Shown: positions 1 through 5,466 of the stretch, piece after piece
How positions within the stretch are numbered: the stretch's first letter is position 1
Layout of the letters: the number at the start of each line of letters is the position of its first letter
Origin: a virus
IMG/VR virus record: IMGVR_UViG_3300034138_000059
Span: 1-40,836 of that record
Length of the DNA stretch: 40,836 nucleotides
Strand: one strand, 5' to 3'
Position numbers and translations under genes: made by a program
The notes under the pieces: generated by a model
The model's input: only the letters and a program-made list of their open reading frames with translations
Databases searched by the model: none
Told to the model about the DNA's origin: nothing

Positions 1-127
1 GGGGCCGCTTCGTCGTTCCCGGGGTCACTGCCGGCGCCTCCGGCGGGTCGCGGGTGCGTACCGCTCGGCCAGCTCGGCCCGGAGGTCGTCGCGCTCTCCC
101 GACGAGAGGCGCCCGGTGCCCTTCGGC
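1..127. repeat. Left copy of an exact 127-bp terminal direct repeat (identical to 40710-40836)
   Basis: Read base by base: GGGGCCGCTTCGTCGTTCCCGGGGTCACTG...GGTGCCCTTCGGC is present at both window ends. It contains the 3' end of the 25..339 gene. Confidence 0.97.
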
Positions 128-339
128 ATCAGGTACCCGTCTGGGTAGGAGTAGGGCCGCCGCTTCACGAAGCGCCCGCGACGATCGAGCACGTAGGCCC
201 GTTGCCCCCCGCACCGGATGCAGACGAGTCCCTGGTCGAAGGCCCCGGACGCCCGGTCCCGGCTCACCGTGCCGGCCTTCCAGGCGTGCCCCCAGAGCCG
301 GCACTCCAGGAACTCGGTCGGCATGTCCTCGCCGGGCAT
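25..339 (-). CDS. Hypothetical 104-aa Cys/His protein (possible zinc ribbon), translationally coupled to the integrase
   Basis: C-terminal part of track ORF 25..1302. The ATG at 339 overlaps the integrase stop (ATGA). Third codon positions are almost all G/C when read by eye. C13, H18, C40-x2-C43 are present. The remaining N-terminal part of the track ORF is Arg/Pro/Gly junk. Confidence 0.75.
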   Translation of the reverse strand: MPGEDMPTEFLECRLWGHAWKAGTVSRDRASGAFDQGLVCIRCGGQRAYVLDRRGRFVKRRPYSYPDGYLMPKGTGRLSSGERDDLRAELAERYAPATRRRRRQ

Positions 340-1358
340 CAGTCGTCTCCTTCGAGGTCGAGCTGGGCCGTCACGGTGTGCGCGACGGCACCCAGGCGTC
401 GGAGCGCGTTCGCGCCCCGGTCGTACAGGCGGGTCGTGTCCGGCGAGGCGTGGCCCATGAAGTCTTGGAGCCAGGCCAAGTTCGCGTCCTTCGTGTCGAG
501 GTAGAGCGTGGCGAAGGTGGCCCGGAAGACGTGCGGCGTCAGGTGCCGCTCGATCGAGCCGTCCTCGCGCCTGGTCGAGATGCCGGCGTCGAGCCCCAGG
601 TGCTCGCACAGGCGGTAGAGCCACTGGTAGTCGGCGTCGGTCGCCCCGGTGCCGATCAGGAAGTCGCCCGTCGTGCCGGCGAGGTAGGTATCCAGCCGGG
701 CGGCGACGGGCGGGTCGAGGACGAGCTTCTTCGTCTTGCCGCCCTTGCGCGTCACCGTGATGACCTTCCGGCCGTGGTCGAGCACGTAGTCGCTCCGGCG
801 CGCCGTGAGCAGCTCTCGCGCCCTGATGGCGAGCGTGCCCATCAGGAGGACGGCGACGGCCTCCCGTCGCCCGTGCGAGGCGCCCCGGGGGCGAGAGGGG
901 CACTCCGGCGGGGGCCACCGGGCCACCTTCAGCACCCGATCCAGCTCCTCGGCCGTGAGCGCCATCGTCTTGCCCTCGCCGCCGAAGGTCGGCCGGTCGA
1001 TGTCGAGAGCCGGATTGACCCAGGTCCACCCGAGCGCGGCGAGCGCGGGCGACTCCGGCAGGCGGGCGAGGTACTTGTAGAGGCTCGCCACGGCCGAGAG
1101 CTTGCGGCCGACCGAGGAGGGCGCGAGGTCGGCGTCCTCCAGCTCGGCGGCCCAGGTATCCACCGTGACCCGGTGGGCACGCCACGGATCGACCCCGCGC
1201 CGGGCGCAGAACGCCCGCCACTGCCGCAGATCCGTGCGGTAGGCCTTCCGGGTCGTGGCGCGCCTCTTGGACGTCAGGAAGGCTTCCACGGCGGCCTCCC
1301 ACGGGTCCGGCTGGACGACCAGCTCGGCCGCCGGCCGGACGACCAGCTCGCCGGTCAC
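339..1358 (-). CDS. int: Tyrosine recombinase / phage integrase
   Basis: C-terminal catalytic motifs LTPHVFRATFAT (HxxR) and GHASPDTTRLYDR (His...Tyr), plus an N-terminal SAM-like core-binding region (AYRTDLRQWRAFC). Start placed at the in-frame GTG at 1358, because codons 1359-1553 of the track ORF have poor GC3 and Arg-rich content. The start is uncertain. Confidence 0.9.
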   Translation of the reverse strand: MTGELVVRPAAELVVQPDPWEAAVEAFLTSKRRATTRKAYRTDLRQWRAFCARRGVDPWRAHRVTVDTWAAELEDADLAPSSVGRKLSAVASLYKYLARLPESPALAALGWTWVNPALDIDRPTFGGEGKTMALTAEELDRVLKVARWPPPECPSRPRGASHGRREAVAVLLMGTLAIRARELLTARRSDYVLDHGRKVITVTRKGGKTKKLVLDPPVAARLDTYLAGTTGDFLIGTGATDADYQWLYRLCEHLGLDAGISTRREDGSIERHLTPHVFRATFATLYLDTKDANLAWLQDFMGHASPDTTRLYDRGANALRRLGAVAHTVTAQLDLEGDD

Positions 1359-1524
1359 GAGGGCTTCACCCCGTCCGCGACGCACCCCGGGCACAAGTCC
1401 AGCGCGCCCGGGAGTTCGGTTCGACCGCCGGCTCCTCGGAGCGCGGCGCGGGCTTGAGTGGCGGACTGGCGGCTCGCCGTGGTCACGCACGCACAGCCGT
1501 CGCAGATGATCACGTACTCCACGC

Positions 1525-1842
1525 TCACCGGAAGGCCCTCCAGCCAGCGTCAAGGCAGGCCGTGGCGAAGCCGTCGGCCGCTACCTGCCAGGCCGCGGGC
1601 TGACGGGTGCTGCGGATCAGCGCGCGGGCCGCGAGTGGGAGCGTGGTCACGCTCGACCTGGAGGCCCACTCCTGGACCTTCGACGCCAGGGCCTTGCGCT
1701 CGTCGAGAGTGAGGCCCGACTCGTAGCCCTCGGCGAAGTCGTCGCAGGCGAGTCGGCCGGCGTCGTCGAGAGTCCGGCCGGCGGGCGCCCCGCACGCCGA
1801 CAGGAGCACGACGAGGACGACGGCGGCGAGCTTCGCGCGCAT
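1525..1842 (-). CDS. Putative secreted lipoprotein (105 aa)
   Basis: MRAKLAAVVLVVLLSAC gives a signal peptide with lipobox L-S-A-C. The ATG at 1842 overlaps the stop of the upstream small gene (ATGA). The upstream part of track ORF 1525..2151 is Arg-rich and rejected. Confidence 0.8.
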   Translation of the reverse strand: MRAKLAAVVLVVLLSACGAPAGRTLDDAGRLACDDFAEGYESGLTLDERKALASKVQEWASRSSVTTLPLAARALIRSTRQPAAWQVAADGFATACLDAGWRAFR

Positions 1843-2015
1843 CAGGGCACCAGCTCGACTTCGACGTCGACGAGGTCGTCGATCGACCAATTGCCGTCGA
1901 CGTCCCTCACGATCTGGTCGTAGCCCTCCTTGGACAGGCCGGTCGGGTCTTCGAGGTCGAGGTACTCGTCGTCCAGCTCCTCGACCTCGATGTAGCCCAT
2001 GATCTTGATCCGCAT
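1842..2015 (-). CDS. Hypothetical acidic 57-aa protein (not in the ORF track, below its length cutoff)
   Basis: My translation: MRIKIMGYIEVEELDDEYLDLEDPTGLSKEGYDQIVRDVDGNWSIDDLVDVEVELVP. GAGGAGA RBS lies 6 nt upstream of the ATG at 2015. The stop overlaps the lipoprotein start. Confidence 0.7.
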   Translation of the reverse strand: MRIKIMGYIEVEELDDEYLDLEDPTGLSKEGYDQIVRDVDGNWSIDDLVDVEVELVP

Positions 2016-2101
2016 TGACGTCTCCTCGATGGGAACGGTGACAGATAAGCCCTATTACCCTACGGAGTGTAGGGGCACTTTTCGACCCGGGGGGAGCTGA
2101 A

Positions 2102-2338
2102 TCAGAGCAGGTGTGAGACTGGCTCGGACGGGTCGTGCAGCTCGGGAGCACAGGCGACCATGCCGCAGAGGGAGCAGCGGGTCATCGTTCTGTCGGTGGT
2201 CTCTGGTACGTCCTCGACGGGCTCGCCGACGGCGAACCACCGGGCGTGGATCTCCCGCTGGAGCGCGAGGTTGCAGTGCTCGATGTGCTGGACGCGCCGC
2301 GGGTCGAAGGGGGCGAGGGCTTCGAGGTCGAGCTTCAC
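2102..2338 (-). CDS. Hypothetical 78-aa Cys/His-rich protein
   Basis: Track ORF with plausible composition (HIEHC...CSLCGMVAC). The start overlaps the upstream stop (ATGA at 2335-2338). Confidence 0.75.
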   Translation of the reverse strand: MKLDLEALAPFDPRRVQHIEHCNLALQREIHARWFAVGEPVEDVPETTDRTMTRCSLCGMVACAPELHDPSEPVSHLL

Positions 2339-2559
2339 GACGCCTCACCGTGCCGGACCCGGACCGTCATCGGCACGAGCGGCACGAGCGTCGCCTCGTC
2401 GAAGGCGTCACCGTCGTAGGCGGCCGAGCCGCACCAGAGGCACCAGGCGCCCAGTACGACCCCGTCGGCCACGGCGAAGATGTCGACGAGGACGTGCCCC
2501 GCCGAGAGGCAGGAAAGGGCGGGAGGACTGGTCACCTCGAAGCCCGCGTAGGGCTTCAC
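2335..2559 (-). CDS. Hypothetical 74-aa protein
   Basis: C-terminal part of track ORF 2335..3015. The GTG at 2559 overlaps the stop of the upstream gene (GTGA). Sequence VKPYAGFEVTSPPALSC... Confidence 0.65.
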   Translation of the reverse strand: MKPYAGFEVTSPPALSCLSAGHVLVDIFAVADGVVLGAWCLWCGSAAYDGDAFDEATLVPLVPMTVRVRHGEAS

Positions 2560-3080
2560 CGGACGATCCCGACCGTGAGCCAGGCCTGGTACCCCAGGAG
2601 GACGACGAGCACCGGGGCGACCAGGGCGCGCTCGACGACCCCGCCGGACTTCAGGCCGACGCCGACGTGGCCCCACCACGGCGCGAGCGGGATGCCGGCG
2701 GCCCGGCCCCAGCCGGCACGCCCGTGGACGAAGTCGCCGATCAGGTGCGAGGTCCAGCCGGCGATCAGCGCCCAGGCGATCCAGGCCCAGCCGGCCGGGA
2801 CGAGCAGGAAGACCACGACCGCGGCGCCGGCCGGCAGGCCCCACCAGTGCGAGAGCCCCCGGTGCTGGAGCGGCCCGCCGCGGCCGAGCAGCTCGTCCGG
2901 CACGAGGGCGTCGGTCCTTCTCCAGGAGCGGTACTGGTCGGCGTCCGGTGACGTCGGGCCGTCCGACGTCACCGAGGCCAGACCGGCGCCCGCGAGCACC
3001 TGCCACCAGGGCCACCCGGCCGCGAGCCCCAGGCCGAAGCCCGAGGCCGCGCCGAGCAGGTTGTGCGTGACCCGGTTCAC
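2556..3080 (-). CDS. YdjM/DUF457-like membrane-bound metal-dependent hydrolase (174 aa)
   Basis: N-terminal VTHNLLGA, then HRGLSHW and SHLIGDF histidine motifs spread over several hydrophobic helices, the pattern of the YdjM family. The GTG at 3080 overlaps the upstream stop (GTGA). Confidence 0.65.
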   Translation of the reverse strand: MNRVTHNLLGAASGFGLGLAAGWPWWQVLAGAGLASVTSDGPTSPDADQYRSWRRTDALVPDELLGRGGPLQHRGLSHWWGLPAGAAVVVFLLVPAGWAWIAWALIAGWTSHLIGDFVHGRAGWGRAAGIPLAPWWGHVGVGLKSGGVVERALVAPVLVVLLGYQAWLTVGIVR

Positions 3081-3331
3081 GAGTCGGCCCTCGGGGCCAC
3101 GCCGAGTTCGTCGAGCGCGATGTCGAGCGCTCGGGCGAGCTTCTCGGCCTGCATGACCACCGCGAGGAAACCCGGGGGGCAGGTGTGGCACTCCTCGTCC
3201 CCGATCCGTCGCAGGATGCGGGCCTTCGTGCCGGCGCACTTGTCGAGGGTCTCTTCGATCTCCCAGCGGACGTCGTCCGCGGTAGCGCAGTCGACGGCCT
3301 GGGCGAGGTTGTTCAGTCGTGGGTAGCTCAT
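3077..3331 (-). CDS. Hypothetical 84-aa protein with 4 Cys
   Basis: MSYPRLNNLAQAVDC...KC...CHTC. AAGGAG RBS lies upstream. The ATG at 3331 overlaps the upstream stop (ATGA). Confidence 0.75.
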   Translation of the reverse strand: MSYPRLNNLAQAVDCATADDVRWEIEETLDKCAGTKARILRRIGDEECHTCPPGFLAVVMQAEKLARALDIALDELGVAPRADS

Positions 3332-3612
3332 GCTGCTCTCGGACTCCTTCGTCGTCGTAGCTCGTAGTCCCGCGCGGCCCGGAGCCCTTCGTGGGCGCCG
3401 TCCAGCGCGGCCTGGAGCTTCCAGTCGATCGGGCTCCCCGGTGCCCAGCCGTTCCCCGCCAGGACCGAGGGCTCGTAGCGCTCGGCCACCCAGCGGTCGT
3501 ACTCCCAGAGCGGCGCGCCCTGGTGCTCTCGGAACCACTCCTGCGCGTCGCCCCGGGCCATCTCCACCCAGGGCGACACCGCCGGCTCACTCACGCGATG
3601 TCGACCCGTCAT
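3328..3612 (-). CDS. Hypothetical 94-aa Trp-rich protein
   Basis: C-terminal part of track ORF 3328..3726. Start taken at the ATG at 3612 (MTGRHRVSEP...). First gene of a 4-bp-overlap chain. Start uncertain. Confidence 0.6.
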   Translation of the reverse strand: MTGRHRVSEPAVSPWVEMARGDAQEWFREHQGAPLWEYDRWVAERYEPSVLAGNGWAPGSPIDWKLQAALDGAHEGLRAARDYELRRRRSPRAA

Positions 3613-3622
3613 GCACCTATCG

Positions 3623-4486
3623 TCACGCCTGGGCGGCGTCAACGCGGACGACTTCCGCCAGCTCGCGGTCCAGCCGACGGGCCGACTCCTCGCGCTTCCG
3701 TTCGATCCAGAAGTTGTCCGACCCACCGTGCCGACGGCCCAGCTCGGCCGCCGAGACGTCGTCGAGGCCGGCCAGAGCGGCCAGGATCTCGGCCGCCGCG
3801 GGCCGGCTCGGCGCCGGCCGCTTCATCGAGATCAGCGTCGTCTCGGGCTCGACGGTCGGGCCGACCGCCATCGCCTCCGCTCGGATGCTCTCCGTTCGGA
3901 TCGGGTCCTTCGGAGTCGCCGGCAGGACCGCGAGCGGCTCGGTCAGCGGCGCGTCGCTCGGGAGGATGGTCGGGCCGTTCGGGCTCTCGCTCGGGGTCGC
4001 GCTCGGACGCTCGGGCCGAGCGGCTCGGGTCCGCGCTCGGGTCTTCGGGCTCGCGCTCGGGGTGACGCTCGGGATCTGCTCGGACTCACGCTCGGACTCC
4101 TGCTCGGACCGCTCAGGCTCGGGCTCGGCCGCTCGGGCCTGCTCGAACTCCAGCGCGAGGGTCATCAGGACGACCGTGGCGATCGGGGCGAGGGCGATGA
4201 TCCGGCCCGAGATCGTCGGCTCGGAGGTCGACAGGGCGGCCCAGCACAACCAGGCGAGCCCGACCAGGGTCATCAGCCAGCCGACGATCGCCTTCGGCGA
4301 GTACCGGAGCTTCCAGACCCCGATCAGGATCAGGATGTCCGGCACGAAGGAGAGCGCGAGCTGGCGCCAGCCGTCGGTCCGGTGCTGGCCCAGGTGGTCG
4401 AAGACGTGCGAGACGTTCCAGGCCAGCACGCCGGCCCAGGCGACCGCGGTCACGCGCGTCATCCATCGACGCTCGCTCGGCGGCAT
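3623..4486 (-). CDS. DUF2637-like membrane protein with low-complexity linker and C-terminal domain (287 aa; the track ORF extends to 4549)
   Basis: N-terminal hydrophobic helices with LSFVPDILILIG, as in DUF2637 proteins of actinomycete conjugative elements and phages, followed by a Ser/Glu/Pro-rich linker. I prefer the ATG at 4486 (GGGAGA RBS 8 nt upstream), because the 21 codons up to 4549 have only about 60% GC3. Confidence 0.7.
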   Translation of the reverse strand: MPPSERRWMTRVTAVAWAGVLAWNVSHVFDHLGQHRTDGWRQLALSFVPDILILIGVWKLRYSPKAIVGWLMTLVGLAWLCWAALSTSEPTISGRIIALAPIATVVLMTLALEFEQARAAEPEPERSEQESERESEQIPSVTPSASPKTRARTRAARPERPSATPSESPNGPTILPSDAPLTEPLAVLPATPKDPIRTESIRAEAMAVGPTVEPETTLISMKRPAPSRPAAAEILAALAGLDDVSAAELGRRHGGSDNFWIERKREESARRLDRELAEVVRVDAAQA

Positions 4487-4585
4487 CGGACGGGTCTCCC
4501 AGAGCTTCACGTTCGGATCTCCTTCGGGTCGTTCGGGTCGACGGGACATCGACGTTCGGGACGTGCGCTCGGGTCGGTGCTCGGA

Positions 4586-4891
4586 TCAGAGTCGGCGTGC
4601 TCGCCGCCGCGCGGCCTCCTGGGGGCTTCGGGTCAGCGCCCGAAGCCCCCCGAGCGCGAGGGCGAGGACCCCGAGCACGGCGAGCACGGTCGGGCCGGAC
4701 AGCCCGAACGTGCCCGAGGCCCAGGCCCAGAGCCGAACGGCTCCGAGCCCGAGCGTCCCGAGCGCGACCGCGGCGACCGCGGCGACCAGGAGGTACCGGC
4801 CGCCCCAGCGCCAGAACAGGATGGTCCGGCGGTGCCGGCGGCCGGTCTCGGTCAGCGCGGCGTCGACCATCCGGTCCAGGTCTCGTCCCAT
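4586..4891 (-). CDS. Hypothetical membrane protein (101 aa, 2 predicted TM helices)
   Basis: MGRDLDRMVDAALTETG... followed by YLLVAAVAAVALGTLGLGAV and TVLAVLGVLALALGGL. AGGAGA RBS lies upstream of the ATG at 4891. The upstream part of the track ORF is rejected. Confidence 0.75.
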   Translation of the reverse strand: MGRDLDRMVDAALTETGRRHRRTILFWRWGGRYLLVAAVAAVALGTLGLGAVRLWAWASGTFGLSGPTVLAVLGVLALALGGLRALTRSPQEAARRRARRL

Positions 4892-4902
4892 GATCTGTTC
4901 TC

Positions 4903-5283
4903 CTACTTGTCGGCGGCGAAGTCGCCCGAGCTGGCCTTCTGGCCCCCGAGCATCTGCTCCTCCTCGGCGATGGCGGCCGAGAGGTTCCGGGCGGCCTCCT
5001 CCATGTGGGCCGCGGCGTTGAAGTAGAGCTTCCGGATCTTGCGGGCCGTCAGGATCTTGTCGATCCGCAGCCCCCAGCGGCTCGTCTTGCGGAGCTTCTG
5101 GTAGACGGCCTCGCCGGCCGAGTAGTACCCGTCGGCCCCCTGGACCTCCCGGGCGCGGCACTTCTCGGTGGCGGCGATCAGCTCGCTCGTCGTGCCGGCG
5201 GCCTCGACCGCTCGGGCCGGGTGGCGCACCGGGGCGGTGCCCTGGGCGGCCGGACGGGACCTCGTGCTCGTTTCCATGATCAT
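4903..5283 (-). CDS. Hypothetical 126-aa protein
   Basis: C-terminal part of track ORF 4903..5385. Start at MIMETSTRS (ATG at 5283, alternative at 5277). Helical, Lys/Arg/Ala/Glu-rich C-terminal half. Confidence 0.65.
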   Translation of the reverse strand: MIMETSTRSRPAAQGTAPVRHPARAVEAAGTTSELIAATEKCRAREVQGADGYYSAGEAVYQKLRKTSRWGLRIDKILTARKIRKLYFNAAAHMEEAARNLSAAIAEEEQMLGGQKASSGDFAADK

Positions 5284-5295
5284 CTCACTCTCTGT

Positions 5296-5464
5296 AGCGT
5301 CGGAGCGTTGTGTCGGGCTTGTGTCGGATGCGTCGGAGGCCTGGAGGCCGTTGTGTCGGCGAGGCTCTGACCTGCACCGACGCAACTTGCGTCGGCCGAC
5401 GCATCCCTAGGGAAATGAGCCCCGTGCGGGCACTTGCGTCGGCGCCGTGGCGGACGCCGACGCG
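5296..5464. repeat. Array of ten TG(C/T)GTCGG / CCGAC(G/A)CA 8-mers (clt-like candidate cis site)
   Basis: Forward copies at 5296, 5309, 5320, 5329, 5352, 5388 and 5435. Reverse copies at 5377, 5396 and 5457. Perfect palindrome TGCGTCGGCCGACGCA at 5388-5403. Confidence 0.85.
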
Positions 5465-5466
5465 AG

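Noticed and set aside
1420-1445. GGAGTTCGGTTCGACCGCC resembling a tRNA T-arm (a possible tRNA 3' fragment marking attP)
   Set aside because: I could not fold flanking bases into a 5-bp T-stem with a 7-nt loop or an acceptor stem on either strand. The resemblance is limited to GGTTCGA.
54-1457. Long ORFs antisense to or out of frame with the called genes. Examples: 54..1457 +, 2113..3156 +, 3330..5021 +, 5504..7747 -, 6166..8010 +, 13131..14936 -, 14864..16693 -, 16644..19175 -, 16679..19255 +, 22739..24151 -, 24203..25786 -, 26146..27780 -, 35211..36902 -, 35780..39028 +, 39188..40453 -.
   Set aside because: Their translations are dominated by Arg, Pro, Gly and Ala. They lack recognisable motifs and overlap ORFs that have clear domain signatures. 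Long spurious ORFs are expected in DNA of about 70% GC because stop codons are rare.
1359-1553. N-terminal 65-aa extension of the integrase ORF back to the ATG at 1553
   Set aside because: When read by eye, these codons have only about 65% G/C at third positions, against nearly all G/C inside the gene. The peptide is Arg-rich and overlaps the end of the lipoprotein gene. An in-frame GTG at 1358 precedes the conserved core-binding region.
4487-4549. Longest-ORF start (ATG at 4549) for the DUF2637-like gene
   Set aside because: There is no RBS, GC3 is low over the first 21 codons, and the ATG is part of the repeated 19-mer. The ATG at 4486 has a GGGAGA RBS. It is kept as an alternative, not excluded.
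5296-5464. Possibility that the short-repeat arrays (5296-5464 and 19040-19295) are CRISPR arrays
   Set aside because: The repeats are only 6-24 bp, occur in both orientations and have irregular spacing. There are no spacer-sized unique units and no cas genes.
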